DNA of 64,000 nucleotides. It comes from an uncultured SAR86 cluster bacterium (GTDB lineage: Bacteria > Pseudomonadota > Gammaproteobacteria > Magnimaribacterales > D2472). Every line of letters begins with the position of its first letter. Positions within the stretch are counted from its first letter, which is position 1. Of this stretch, positions 48,746 through 59,135 are shown one piece after another. Where the stretch lies: positions 286 through 64,285 of the forward strand of contig CACPCZ010000004.1 of NCBI GenBank assembly GCA_902632555.1, written 5' to 3'. The notes under the pieces were generated by a model. The model had not been told where the DNA came from. It worked only from the letters and a program-made list of their open reading frames with translations, and made no database searches. A program made the translations under genes and the position numbers.

Positions 48746-50133
48746 TGAATAATCATATATTAAAGTCTCTTTTAGCTCTCATAATTGTTGTTAACTTGCC
48801 ATTAGTGGCCCAAGAAACAGAAGATGAGGCACCAGAAGTATCTACTGTCGAGGCTCTACTAATGCTTGTTAAAGAAGGCAAAACTAAAGAGCAATCAGAA
48901 AATACGAAGAGAGAAGCTAAATTTATGGCAGAAAAAAATAATCAAGCAAATATTTTGGCTGCTGAAAAAAGAGAACTTGCTAGACAAGAAAAAATTGCCG
49001 ACCAACTTGAGGCAGAGTACAAAAAGAACGAAGAAATTCTTCGGGTAAAGGAAGAGGCTTATCAGAAAGAGCTCGGCTCCTTAGTTGAACTATTCGGTCA
49101 TCTTCAAAGTTCTGCAGGTGAAGCAGCTGTTCAGTTTTCTGGCTCACTAACAAGTGCCGAATACGGTCTTGAAAGAGTCGCCTTTCTAAATGACTTAACA
49201 GCAAAAATGTCTGAAACAACAGAGCTTCCAACAATAGAAGAAATTGAAGGTCTTTGGTATGAACTGAAACGTGAAATGGCTGCAAGTGGGCAAGTGGTAT
49301 CTTTTGATACAACAGTTATTGATCTTGATGGCGAGTCATCTTCATGTACAGTTACTAGGGTCGGATTATTTAATGCAGTTTGTGATGGAAAATATTTAGA
49401 ATATGTTTCTTCGGGAGAATATGCATTTTTACCCAGACAACCAGCAGGTAGGTATACAAAGACTGCAAAAAATATTGGTAATGCTCAAGTAGGAGACCAA
49501 GTAAAATTTGGTGTTGATCCTACTGGTCCTACTGGTGGAAGTTTGTTAGCAAATCTTATCCAAACTCCTTCTCTTGCTGAAAGAGCTCAACAAGGTAGAG
49601 AAGTTGGATATGCGATTATAACCGTTGGTTTGATAGGTATTGGTATTGCATTTTGGAAACTTTGGAGTCTGTTTATTTTAGGAAAGGCTGTAAGGGCTCA
49701 AGCTGCATCAAAAGTTCTTGATGTAAGGAATCCTTTAGGAAGAGTTCTTAAGATTGGTGAAGATAACTTTAAGAAGGATATTGATACTCTAGAGTTGAAA
49801 CTTGCAGAGGCAATTATGGCAGAAAGACCATCCATAGAAAGAGGCATTAGCGCAGTAAGAATCATTTCTGTTGTTGCTCCTCTAGCAGGACTACTTGGTA
49901 CTGTGACAGGAATGATCGTAACTTTCCAAATGATTACTTTATATGGTACAGGAGATCCTAAGTTAATGGCTGGAGGTATATCTCAGGCACTTGTGACAAC
50001 TGTATTAGGCCTATTAGTTGCAATTCCAACAACACTACTTCATTCATTTACAGCTTCATCTGCAAAGGGAATCATTAGTGTTCTAGAAGAACAAAGCACA
50101 GGTATTTTAGCAGAACGTGCCGAAACTAATTAG
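48745..50133 (+). CDS. Long MotA/TolQ/ExbB family proton channel protein (TtpC-like)
   Basis: 462 aa with a large periplasmic N-domain and a C-terminal ExbB core (PLAGLLGTVTGMI, GISQALVTT). Confidence 0.8.
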   Translation: MNNHILKSLLALIIVVNLPLVAQETEDEAPEVSTVEALLMLVKEGKTKEQSENTKREAKFMAEKNNQANILAAEKRELARQEKIADQLEAEYKKNEEILRVKEEAYQKELGSLVELFGHLQSSAGEAAVQFSGSLTSAEYGLERVAFLNDLTAKMSETTELPTIEEIEGLWYELKREMAASGQVVSFDTTVIDLDGESSSCTVTRVGLFNAVCDGKYLEYVSSGEYAFLPRQPAGRYTKTAKNIGNAQVGDQVKFGVDPTGPTGGSLLANLIQTPSLAERAQQGREVGYAIITVGLIGIGIAFWKLWSLFILGKAVRAQAASKVLDVRNPLGRVLKIGEDNFKKDIDTLELKLAEAIMAERPSIERGISAVRIISVVAPLAGLLGTVTGMIVTFQMITLYGTGDPKLMAGGISQALVTTVLGLLVAIPTTLLHSFTASSAKGIISVLEEQSTGILAERAETN

Positions 50134-50142
50134 TAGCTAATT

Positions 50143-50673
50143 ATGTTGTTTGCCGTCACTGAAGCCTTCTCATCCATAAGAGATTTTATGGAAGCAGGGG
50201 GAAGTGTTTTGTGGTTGATAGCAATTTTAGTATTTTTTATGTGGGCTATGATATTTGAGAGAATCTGGTACTTCTCCCATGGACATGATTTTTATGTAAA
50301 GGATCTCGCAAGTGATTGGAACAAAAGATCAGATAAAACCTCATGGCATGCATTACAAATAAGAGAAAAAATGCTTTCTCAAGCAAAAGTTGAAATTAAT
50401 AAAAACTTATCAATTATTCAAACATGTGTCGTTTTGGCACCTTTATTTGGTTTATTGGGAACGGTTACTGGAATGATTGAGGTTTTTCAGGTAATGGCCT
50501 TTAATGGCGGAGGTGACGCAAGAGCAATGGCGGGAGGTGTTTCAAAAGCAACACTACCAACTATGGCTGGTATGGTAGTAGCTTTATCAGGTGTTTTTGC
50601 AAGCATATATCTCAACAGTGCATCTGAAAGACACACCAACGACTTACGTGAATTAATAAAAAGAGAACTTTAA
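50143..50673 (+). CDS. exbB: MotA/TolQ/ExbB proton channel protein
   Basis: 176 aa, 3 TM segments. LAPLFGLLGTVTGMI and GGVSKATL motifs. Confidence 0.85.
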   Translation: MLFAVTEAFSSIRDFMEAGGSVLWLIAILVFFMWAMIFERIWYFSHGHDFYVKDLASDWNKRSDKTSWHALQIREKMLSQAKVEINKNLSIIQTCVVLAPLFGLLGTVTGMIEVFQVMAFNGGGDARAMAGGVSKATLPTMAGMVVALSGVFASIYLNSASERHTNDLRELIKREL

Positions 50674-50684
50674 GGAGAGAATTT

Positions 50685-51095
50685 ATGAGAAGGAATGCGA
50701 TTAGCACTGCTGTAAAAGACGAAGAAAGTGAAATAAATTTAACTCCTATGCTTGATGTGGTTTTCATCATGCTAATCTTTTTTATAGTAACGGCCAATTT
50801 TATTAAAGAACCAGGATTAGAAATTAATAGACCTGATTCAGACACAGCTGAGACTCAAGAAAATGCTGCAATTTTAATCGCAGTTGGAGCTAATGATGAA
50901 GTTTGGATGGATGGTAGAAGAATTGATGTAAGGCAAGTAAAGGCAAATGTCGTAAAAATGCTCGCAGATAATCCAAAAGGCTCAGTAGTTATTCAAGCTG
51001 ATGAAAAAGCTGTAGCTGATACAATTATTAAGGTAATGGATGGTGCTAGAGAAGCAGGTGTGAGTGCCATCTCCCTTGCATCAGAACCAAAATAG
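50685..51095 (+). CDS. exbD: Biopolymer transport protein ExbD/TolR
   Basis: 136 aa. INLTPMLDVVFIMLIFF carries the conserved Asp in the TM segment. Confidence 0.85.
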   Translation: MRRNAISTAVKDEESEINLTPMLDVVFIMLIFFIVTANFIKEPGLEINRPDSDTAETQENAAILIAVGANDEVWMDGRRIDVRQVKANVVKMLADNPKGSVVIQADEKAVADTIIKVMDGAREAGVSAISLASEPK

Positions 51096-51098
51096 TTT

Positions 51099-51800
51099 AT
51101 GAATCAAGTTCTATCTTCAATAGCTGCGCTTACAAAACCAATACACTATGTTTATGTCAAGGCATTTGATGCCAATAAGTATGCTGCAGGAATAGGATTT
51201 TCAACAGTTATAACTGCTTCATTGTTTTTTATAATGGTTATTCTTATCTCACTTGGAGATAGTGGTATTAAAGAGGATACATCAGTGAAGCTTGCAGATA
51301 TTGTTATGCCAGAAAGACAAATCGATACTTTTATGACAGAAGTAGATAAGCCAGATAAACCAGAAGAGCAGCCTGAGGATATTGCTCAGCCTGAACTTGA
51401 TTTGGCTCCTCTTACAGGCATAGATGTATCAGTTGCAAAACCAAAACCAAATTTTAGTGCAGGTGGATCATTTTTTAGAGATGGTGAATATATTCCTCTA
51501 TTTAAAGTGATTCCAATATATCCTAGAAGAGCACAAGAAAGAGGTACCATGGGTTATGCCCTTGTCGAATTTACAATTACAGATTCTGGCAGTGTGGAAA
51601 ATGCAACAACTATTGAAGGTTATTGCAGTAGCAAAAGACCTGATGATCCTGAAGTAGAATTTAGATCATGTTCCATGTTCAACAGTGCTTCATCAAGGGC
51701 AGCGTTGAAGTTAAAATATAAGCCTAAAATTGTTGATGGAAAGGCAGTAGCTGTTGAAGGTGTACTGCATAGATTTACATACATATTAGATGATACTTAA
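51099..51800 (+). CDS. tonB: Energy transducer TonB
   Basis: TM anchor, Pro/Glu-rich linker (KPDKPEEQPEDIAQPE) and a C-terminal TonB domain (YPRRAQERGTMGYALVEFTI). Confidence 0.8.
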   Translation: MNQVLSSIAALTKPIHYVYVKAFDANKYAAGIGFSTVITASLFFIMVILISLGDSGIKEDTSVKLADIVMPERQIDTFMTEVDKPDKPEEQPEDIAQPELDLAPLTGIDVSVAKPKPNFSAGGSFFRDGEYIPLFKVIPIYPRRAQERGTMGYALVEFTITDSGSVENATTIEGYCSSKRPDDPEVEFRSCSMFNSASSRAALKLKYKPKIVDGKAVAVEGVLHRFTYILDDT

Positions 51801-51802
51801 GA

Positions 51803-53245
51803 ATGATAAATAAGAATTTTTCGACATATTTATTTTTTGCCTTAGCAATTATCCTGGGTCTTCATTCATTTGATATAAATGCTCAGCAATCTTCAAATGC
51901 TTCTTCAAGCTCAGAAAACAACAATCTAGCCCCTACAAGAAAATATAAAAAGGCTAGAGCCTTACAATCAAGTACCGCAAAGAAAATGGCAAAGGTTTAT
52001 GAAGCACTAGAAAATGTTGATGAAAAAGGCGAGCCAGCTCCTGATATGGATGTTGTGTATTCAATCCTTAATGAATTAAGAAATAATAAAGATGACTTAA
52101 AAAGCTATGACAGATCCGTAATGTGGAATGCTTGGGCATATGTTTATTTTAGTGACGGTGATTACGTTAGAGCAATGACAGCATATAAAAATTTAATTAA
52201 TGAGCCAGAAGTAACAATAGGTTTGCGTGTAAGCGCTCTACTTTCTTTGGGGCAGCTATACCTAGTCCAAGAGGATTATAAGAGTGGCATTGATTATATC
52301 CTCCAATGGATGAGAGAAGTCGAAACTGTTACAGCACAATCTTGGTCTTTGCTTGGCCAAGCATATTTTCAGACAGGAGAGTATAGGAAATCACTTTCTT
52401 CGATTGAAAAAGCTATAACACTCGCAGAGGAAGAAGGATACAAACCGAGAGAAAACTGGTACGTAATAATGGCGGCAAATATCGGCGAGCTTAAAAATGA
52501 AATTGGCGAAAAAGAGTCACTTTTAAGACAAATAGATATATATGAAATTTTGGTTAATCTTTACCCTAAAAAAACATATTTTATTCAGCTCGGTGGGTCT
52601 TACGGACAACTGGGTAGGGAAAGAGACTATATGATCACTTTAAAAGCAGCATATGCTAAGGATTTTTTGGATAAAGAATCAGAATATTTAGCATTAGCTC
52701 AATTGCTCTTACTTAATAAGAATCCATATTGGGCTGCAGAGGTTTTAATTGCAGGTCAAAATAAGATGATTACGATCATTGATGAAGACACTGACAAAGA
52801 AAAAATAGTTCCCGTTGTTAAAAAGACTGAAAAAAATCTCAAGCTTCTAGCAGACTCTTGGAGGATGGCTCAAGAAATTGATAAGGCAATTCCTGTCTTG
52901 GAAGAATCTGCTAAATTATCAAAAGATGGTGAATCATTTGTTTTGCTAGGTAATTTATATTTATCAGAAGACAAATTAGAGCAAGCAGTAAGCTCAATCA
53001 AAAAAGGTCTTGCAAAAGGCAAGATCAAGAATCTCTCACAAGTCTATTTGACACTTGGACAGGCTTATTTTGAACTACAACAGTTTGATGAAGCTAAAAA
53101 GAACTTTAGAATTGCTGCAAGAGATGAAAAGAAGAACATTAAAAAACAGGCAAATAATTGGATTAGATATACTGAGAACGAAGAAATTCGTGTTAAAAAT
53201 TTAGCTCTAAGAAGAGACTTTATTCAGAACTCAAGCTCGACCTAG
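51803..53245 (+). CDS. Tetratricopeptide repeat protein (TtpD-like)
   Basis: Signal peptide and repeated TPR-like helices. It is the last gene of the TonB2-type cluster. Confidence 0.7.
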   Translation: MINKNFSTYLFFALAIILGLHSFDINAQQSSNASSSSENNNLAPTRKYKKARALQSSTAKKMAKVYEALENVDEKGEPAPDMDVVYSILNELRNNKDDLKSYDRSVMWNAWAYVYFSDGDYVRAMTAYKNLINEPEVTIGLRVSALLSLGQLYLVQEDYKSGIDYILQWMREVETVTAQSWSLLGQAYFQTGEYRKSLSSIEKAITLAEEEGYKPRENWYVIMAANIGELKNEIGEKESLLRQIDIYEILVNLYPKKTYFIQLGGSYGQLGRERDYMITLKAAYAKDFLDKESEYLALAQLLLLNKNPYWAAEVLIAGQNKMITIIDEDTDKEKIVPVVKKTEKNLKLLADSWRMAQEIDKAIPVLEESAKLSKDGESFVLLGNLYLSEDKLEQAVSSIKKGLAKGKIKNLSQVYLTLGQAYFELQQFDEAKKNFRIAARDEKKNIKKQANNWIRYTENEEIRVKNLALRRDFIQNSSST

Positions 53246-53745
53246 ATTCTAATATATTCCTCAACTGTAAAGTCATAATCGTTTTCTTTATCTTTGAAGA
53301 AGAAATTACTGCTTGTATTCTTCCAATCTGAGTAATCAATTTTTGGATAAAAAACATCACCTTCAATATCACAATCAACCTTGGTAAGTACAAGTTTATT
53401 TGCTATTTCAAGCGTATCTCTAAAAAGATAACCACCACCAATAATTACAATTTCATCTTTTCCTTTCTGAAAACATATTTCTTTAGCATCTTTTATAGCT
53501 TCTTCAGTACTGCCGAATACCGTCACTCCATCTACGTTATTCAATGTATTTGATACAACATAATTTATTCTGTTTGGAAGCGGCCGTCCAATCGATTCAT
53601 AGGTCTTTCTCCCCATTATTAATAATTTATTTGTTGTATATTCTTTGAAATGTTTTAAATCTGTTTTTAAATTCCACGGAAGATCATTATCTTTTCCAAT
53701 TACGTCATTATTAGATAAAGCTACTACATGTGAGATGATTATCAT
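53242..53745 (-). CDS. folA: Dihydrofolate reductase
   Basis: 167 aa. LPWNLKTDLKHFK, MGRKTYESIG and IGGGYLF motifs. Confidence 0.9.
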   Translation of the reverse strand: MIIISHVVALSNNDVIGKDNDLPWNLKTDLKHFKEYTTNKLLIMGRKTYESIGRPLPNRINYVVSNTLNNVDGVTVFGSTEEAIKDAKEICFQKGKDEIVIIGGGYLFRDTLEIANKLVLTKVDCDIEGDVFYPKIDYSDWKNTSSNFFFKDKENDYDFTVEEYIRI

Positions 53746-54608
53746 TAGACAGCCATCCTTGCTTTAATTGGAGGATGAGGGTTGTAATTTTCAAGAACAA
53801 AATCATCAACTTTGCAGTTATTAAGATCTTCAATACAATTTAATTTTGGCATTTTAAGTTTCGGGAGTGGCCTAGGTTCTCTAGATATTTGCTCTTTTGC
53901 TTGATCAATAGCGTTCATATATATATGCGCGTCTCCAAATGAATGCACAAATCTCTTCGGTTTTAAATTTAAAATTTCTGCAAAAATTGATAACAAAAGC
54001 GCGTAACTTGCAATATTAAAGGGTACTCCAAGAAACATGTCGGCACTTCTTTGGTACATATGACAGCTTATAGTTCCATGCGAAACATAGAACTGTGACA
54101 TTACATGACAAGGAGGCAGGGCCATTTTATCAAGCTCATTCACATTCCATGCAGAAAGTATATGTCTTCTTCCATCAGGATTGTTTTTAAGATTATAAAG
54201 AAGCTCTTTAATTTGATCGATGCCTGCCCAATTTCTCCATTGAACTCCATATACGGGACCAAGTTTTTTTTCACTATCTGTATTTATGTATCCTAAATTT
54301 TTGCCTTGGGTATCTGCATTATCAGTCCAAATAGTAGAAAACTTATTAAGATCTGTTAATTCAGTTCTATCTTTGTTAAATCTAATTTCAGCCAACCTTC
54401 TTTCGTCATCTGAACCTTCTAAAAACCATAATAATTCAGATACAACACCTTTCCATGCTAAAGCTTTAGTTGTTACCGCAGGAAAGCCATCCTCTAGATT
54501 AAATTCAATCTGATGTCCGAATGAAGAAATAGTTCCTGTATTTGTTCTGTCCTCTTTTTTGTCACCATTATCAAGAATGTATTCAAGAAGATCTAAATAT
54601 GCTTTCAT
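53745..54608 (-). CDS. thyA: Thymidylate synthase
   Basis: RTNTGT, the active-site LPPCH, and MYQRSADMFLGVPFNIASYALL. Confidence 0.95.
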   Translation of the reverse strand: MKAYLDLLEYILDNGDKKEDRTNTGTISSFGHQIEFNLEDGFPAVTTKALAWKGVVSELLWFLEGSDDERRLAEIRFNKDRTELTDLNKFSTIWTDNADTQGKNLGYINTDSEKKLGPVYGVQWRNWAGIDQIKELLYNLKNNPDGRRHILSAWNVNELDKMALPPCHVMSQFYVSHGTISCHMYQRSADMFLGVPFNIASYALLLSIFAEILNLKPKRFVHSFGDAHIYMNAIDQAKEQISREPRPLPKLKMPKLNCIEDLNNCKVDDFVLENYNPHPPIKARMAV

Positions 54609-55402
54609 GCATTTTTCCTAGAATAAATAAAAATTAATATACCAGCAATTATCATTGGCAAACATAAAACTTGTCCCATGCTTAATGAATCAAGTAATAC
54701 ATATCCAATATGAGAATCTGGTTGTCTATAAAATTCAATTATAAATCTAATTAGGCCGTAAAAAATTAAAAAAGAAGAAGAAATAATCCCTTTTATTTTA
54801 GTCATTTTACTTATGCTAAACAAAATAATAAATAGCAAAATACCTTCACCAAAGCTCTCGTAAAGTTGGGAAGGATGCCTTGTTAAACCAAATGGATCTG
54901 TTGGGAAAATAAAGCCCCAGTCGCCGTTTGTAGCTTTGCCATAAAGCTCACCATTTAAAAAGTTTCCTACTCTAACTAAACCCAATCCAATTGGCATAGA
55001 TAGAGCAACTCCGTCCATTAGTTCAAAAAATTCAATATTTTTTCTTTTACAAAATATTATTAGGCTTGTAATCACACCGATCAAGCCCCCATGAAAACTT
55101 AACCCACCTTGCCAAATATAGAATAACGATAGGGGATTGCTAATTAATTGGTCAGTTCCATAAAAAAGCATATATCCGATTCTTCCACCACACATTGCAC
55201 CAAAAAATAATCCATATAGGAATACCATATCGTTTACTTCGTCTTTAGTTAATCCCGTATCTGTGATGATTTTATTTTTAGATAAGAATAAATAAATTAA
55301 TATTGCTGACATCAACCAAGTTACCGCGTAGTATTGAATTTTTAGCGAGCCAATCTCTATTATGGAAGGATTATTAAAAAAATCTGACAATTCTATAATC
55401 AT
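54605..55402 (-). CDS. lgt: Prolipoprotein diacylglyceryl transferase
   Basis: GGLSFHGG, the RxGNFxNGELYG motif and HPSQLYE. Start chosen after the upstream stop; the longest ORF extends to 55438. Confidence 0.85.
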   Translation of the reverse strand: MIIELSDFFNNPSIIEIGSLKIQYYAVTWLMSAILIYLFLSKNKIITDTGLTKDEVNDMVFLYGLFFGAMCGGRIGYMLFYGTDQLISNPLSLFYIWQGGLSFHGGLIGVITSLIIFCKRKNIEFFELMDGVALSMPIGLGLVRVGNFLNGELYGKATNGDWGFIFPTDPFGLTRHPSQLYESFGEGILLFIILFSISKMTKIKGIISSSFLIFYGLIRFIIEFYRQPDSHIGYVLLDSLSMGQVLCLPMIIAGILIFIYSRKNA

Positions 55403-56190
55403 ACTAAAAACATATATATAGAAACTATAAAAAACCATGAAGCTAATAGTTTATTAAGGGTTTCTTGTGAAAGATAGTGGGCTAGATCTGCACCATACTT
55501 AGCAGCAAAAATACTTGTAATAGAGACACCTAAAACAGCTGGAAAATATACGTAGCCAAAACTAAACTTTGGCATTTCTGATAATCCAATACCGGCAAAA
55601 ATATAGCCTATAGTTCCAAAAATTGCTATCGGTACTCCACATGCTGCAGATGTACCAATAGCTGTAGTAAGACTTAGTCCCGACGATTTAAAGTATGGTA
55701 CTGAAAAAACACCACCGCCAATACCGAGTATAGAAGAGAAAAATCCTATCATTGAACCTGCAAAAACAGATTTTTTATTATTAAACTCAAACTCTTTTGA
55801 GCTCAGGTTTATATTAAATAAAATTTTTATACCCATAAGAAAGATAAATAATGCAATTGTAAGTTTTAAAATTAGCCCTTTTATTTGAACTGCGAATAAA
55901 GCTCCCATGAGAGCCCCAAAAGTTATACCCAAAGCTACAGGTTTAAAATATTCAAAATTTATTGACCCCTTATTATTATGAGCATTTGCTGAAGATAAAC
56001 CTGTAAATATTATGCAAGCTATAGCAGACCCTATTGCCATATGAACAACAATAGAGCTTTCAAAACCTAAATTTATAAAAGTTCCAATTAGAACTGGTAC
56101 TATAACTAGCCCACCACCAATACCAAAAAGACCTGCTAATAAACCTGCTACAACTCCAAGTAAGGCAAATAATAATAATTCATCAAACAT
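55399..56190 (-). CDS. TauE/SafE family sulfite exporter-like membrane protein
   Basis: Internal duplication of 4-TM units with GIGGG motifs (GLFGIGGGLVIVP and LGIGGGVFSVP). Confidence 0.75.
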   Translation of the reverse strand: MFDELLLFALLGVVAGLLAGLFGIGGGLVIVPVLIGTFINLGFESSIVVHMAIGSAIACIIFTGLSSANAHNNKGSINFEYFKPVALGITFGALMGALFAVQIKGLILKLTIALFIFLMGIKILFNINLSSKEFEFNNKKSVFAGSMIGFFSSILGIGGGVFSVPYFKSSGLSLTTAIGTSAACGVPIAIFGTIGYIFAGIGLSEMPKFSFGYVYFPAVLGVSITSIFAAKYGADLAHYLSQETLNKLLASWFFIVSIYMFLV

Positions 56191-56665
56191 TTTCGAACTC
56201 TTTGCAAAAAGAATATTTTAGTTCATTTAAAGCATTGAAATAGACATTTTCTTTGAAAGATACAATTACTCTTAGAGGATACCAATATGATACCCACTTA
56301 AAATCTTCAAACTCATTATCAGGATCGTTTTCAAAAGAAATCTCTACGTCTTTTAATAGTCTGAACAGGAACCATTTTTGTTTTTGACCTTTGAATTTTC
56401 TACTGACTATCTTTCTTCTACTTTGTTTTGGAATATCATACTTTAGCCAATCTTTAATTGATTCTATTAGTACTACATCCTCAGACTTTACTCCAACTTC
56501 TTCATATAACTCTCTTTTAGCAGCTTTTAGCGGCGACTCATTTGAATCAATTCCTCCTTGAGGAAACTGCCAACTATTCATACCTTTTCTCTTACAAATA
56601 AGAACTTTTCCATTTAAATTTGCAATAACTAGACCAACATTCAATCTGTAACCTTTTTCCTTCAT
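56183..56665 (-). CDS. rppH: RNA pyrophosphohydrolase
   Basis: Nudix box GGIDSNESPLKAAKRELYEEVGV and the N-terminal GYRLNVG typical of RppH/NudH. Confidence 0.85.
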   Translation of the reverse strand: MKEKGYRLNVGLVIANLNGKVLICKRKGMNSWQFPQGGIDSNESPLKAAKRELYEEVGVKSEDVVLIESIKDWLKYDIPKQSRRKIVSRKFKGQKQKWFLFRLLKDVEISFENDPDNEFEDFKWVSYWYPLRVIVSFKENVYFNALNELKYSFCKEFENV

Positions 56666-56669
56666 ATGT

Positions 56670-58220
56670 CTAAGATTTATTTTTATCTATGTTTTGGTTA
56701 ATCATATATACAAAAATTAAACTTAAAAAAATTAAGATAAGGCTAGGGCTTGCCGCCATTATCCATTCGCCCTCACTAGTAAAATTGTATATCTTGGTTG
56801 ATAAAGTATCGAAACCCACTGGCCTTAATAATAATGTAGCAGGCTGTTCTTTAATTGACTCTATAAAAACTATCATTAAACCAAGAAGAGCAGCAGACTT
56901 CATATGTGGAAAGTAAAATTCGCTGAAAGCTTTTAATGGTTTTGCAGGCATTGTAGATAAAGCTTTTTCAGAAGTGTTTTGAATATTGGCAAGAGATGCT
57001 GAGAGATAATTATAGGCCGGAGTCATAAATCTTAATGATAAGCAAAAAACTAATCCAAAAATTCCATAAGTCGTTATTGAAATATTAAAAAAATATCCAA
57101 ACGAAACCAATAAGCCAGCTGAAATTACAGATCCTGGGATGGCATAACCAGAGGTAATTACTGAAATTATATTTTTTATACTTTTGGAACTTCTATAAGT
57201 TAAAGCAAGACTAATAGCAAAGAAAACCGTCACCAATGATGCACTAATTCCAAGAACAAGAGAATTAAAAAATAAATAGATATTCTCAGTACTAAAAAGA
57301 CCATTTTTTGAAAGACTCCAAATAAATAATTGAATTAATGGAGCCACAAATACCACCAAAAATATCAATGTACAAATGGTTGTAGCTAAGTATGCTTTAA
57401 CAGTATTAAGATTTGTTTTTTCAAATATTTCAGACGTCCTTGAGGCTAGGTTAATTTGTTTATTATCATAATACTTACTGATTAGTATTACAGCCACTAC
57501 AAAAACAAATAGATAGCCTGCAAGCTTTGCTGCTGAATAGTAGCTCTGATATCCAAACCATGCATTATAGATACCAACTGTGAATGTTTCTATTCTAAGT
57601 GTTGAAACTCCTCCAAAATCTGCAACAGTCTCAAATATAACTAAAGACATTCCTCCAACAATTGCTGGCCAAAGTGAGGGAATGATAACTTTAAAAATAG
57701 TTTCGATATTATTTTTACCTAAGGTTTTGGATGCTTTAAATAAGTTTATACCCATTGATGATAGCTGCACTTTAACAAGCAGATATATGTATGGAAACAA
57801 TGCCATGGACATAATAATTGAAGCTCCAAGAAGATTTTTAATTGAAGGTAGTGAGATATTAAAATCTCTAAGAAAAGTTGAAATTGGGCTAGCATATTCA
57901 AATATTCCAACATAAATAAAAGCATAAACATACGCAGGAAAAGCAATCGAAAGGCTTAGACTCCAGCTAAAGAATTTATTCCCTGGAAAGTTATAAAACG
58001 TAATTAACAATGCCAAAGGAACAGCAATAAATGCTGAGATAATCGCTGTTAAAAATGAAAGAATAAATGTATTTTTAATAAGATCAAATAGGTATTCATT
58101 AGTTATATATTCAATATCTACTCCCTTAAAAAATGACAAATAAAAAAAGGAAACAAAGAAGATTAATGATGCAACTATCCATGGCATTCCAACATATTTC
58201 CATATTTTAAGATTATGCAT
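56670..58220 (-). CDS. Two-module ABC transporter permease (iron(III)/thiamine-type FbpB/ThiP-like)
   Basis: 516 aa, about 12 TM segments, with a duplicated binding-protein-dependent permease layout. No ATPase or binding protein is adjacent. Confidence 0.7.
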   Translation of the reverse strand: MHNLKIWKYVGMPWIVASLIFFVSFFYLSFFKGVDIEYITNEYLFDLIKNTFILSFLTAIISAFIAVPLALLITFYNFPGNKFFSWSLSLSIAFPAYVYAFIYVGIFEYASPISTFLRDFNISLPSIKNLLGASIIMSMALFPYIYLLVKVQLSSMGINLFKASKTLGKNNIETIFKVIIPSLWPAIVGGMSLVIFETVADFGGVSTLRIETFTVGIYNAWFGYQSYYSAAKLAGYLFVFVVAVILISKYYDNKQINLASRTSEIFEKTNLNTVKAYLATTICTLIFLVVFVAPLIQLFIWSLSKNGLFSTENIYLFFNSLVLGISASLVTVFFAISLALTYRSSKSIKNIISVITSGYAIPGSVISAGLLVSFGYFFNISITTYGIFGLVFCLSLRFMTPAYNYLSASLANIQNTSEKALSTMPAKPLKAFSEFYFPHMKSAALLGLMIVFIESIKEQPATLLLRPVGFDTLSTKIYNFTSEGEWIMAASPSLILIFLSLIFVYMINQNIDKNKS

Positions 58221-59128
58221 TATTTTTCGTCTTCCAGACTTTCAGCACCTTTTTCGAGTTTGCTTCCTAAAACATTTATTCTAGTCTGAAGATTTTGTAC
58301 ATCTTTTGTTGCTCCATCTAGTCTTTTTAGAACAGAAGAAGTGTTAGCATCAAAATTTGAAAATTCTTTTTGAATACCCCTTACCACACTCGCCACTTTG
58401 GTAGCAGTCTCGTTAAGTTTGAGATAATGATGACCAGTTCTTACCATATCCAAAAAAGCTGCTAATGTGTTTGGGCCCATAATAAGAGTTTTCTTTTCAG
58501 TAAAACTTTCCTCTCTCAAGCCTTCAATTTGATTAATTAAATCAAGAATCTTTTCAGAGGGTATATATAGAATTACATAATTAGATGTAATATTTCCTAT
58601 AAGATATTTATCTGAAATATCATTAGCATCAGTTAAAACTTCATTTCTAAGATTGACCAAAATTTTCTTTCTTTCAGTACCTGTATTTGCATCTTGGTAT
58701 TTTTGATATTGCCCAGCATAAAACTTAGAATCAATGGGAATAATTACACCCTCTGCTGAGGTAATTGAACAATCAACAAGATCCCTAGACTCAGGATTGA
58801 TTTGATGTTGAAATTCATAACTATTGCTGGGCATTATGTCTCTAACAATTGACTCTAAATTCCACTCACCTAATCTGCCTGTGGTGACATTTCCACCTAA
58901 AAATCTATTTAATTCGTTAAGAGGTGTGGTAACTGATGCTAAATCTAGCTCAATTTTATTTAGGTCTTTTGAAACTTCATTGAGTTTATTTTGAATGTTT
59001 TCATTACCGCCTTTGTCGATTGAATCTTTACTTTTAATCCTGAATAAAATGAAGATTAAGATGCTTAAAATTGCTATTAAACATATAAATATTAAGTAAT
59101 TGATCATGATGTTAGTATAAAATGTCAT
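58220..59128 (-). CDS. rmuC: DNA recombination protein RmuC (short form)
   Basis: N-terminal TM segment, coiled-coil, and an RmuC core with the IPIDSKF motif. 302 aa is shorter than E. coli RmuC. Confidence 0.7.
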   Translation of the reverse strand: MTFYTNIMINYLIFICLIAILSILIFILFRIKSKDSIDKGGNENIQNKLNEVSKDLNKIELDLASVTTPLNELNRFLGGNVTTGRLGEWNLESIVRDIMPSNSYEFQHQINPESRDLVDCSITSAEGVIIPIDSKFYAGQYQKYQDANTGTERKKILVNLRNEVLTDANDISDKYLIGNITSNYVILYIPSEKILDLINQIEGLREESFTEKKTLIMGPNTLAAFLDMVRTGHHYLKLNETATKVASVVRGIQKEFSNFDANTSSVLKRLDGATKDVQNLQTRINVLGSKLEKGAESLEDEK

Positions 59129-59135
59129 TAAGATT

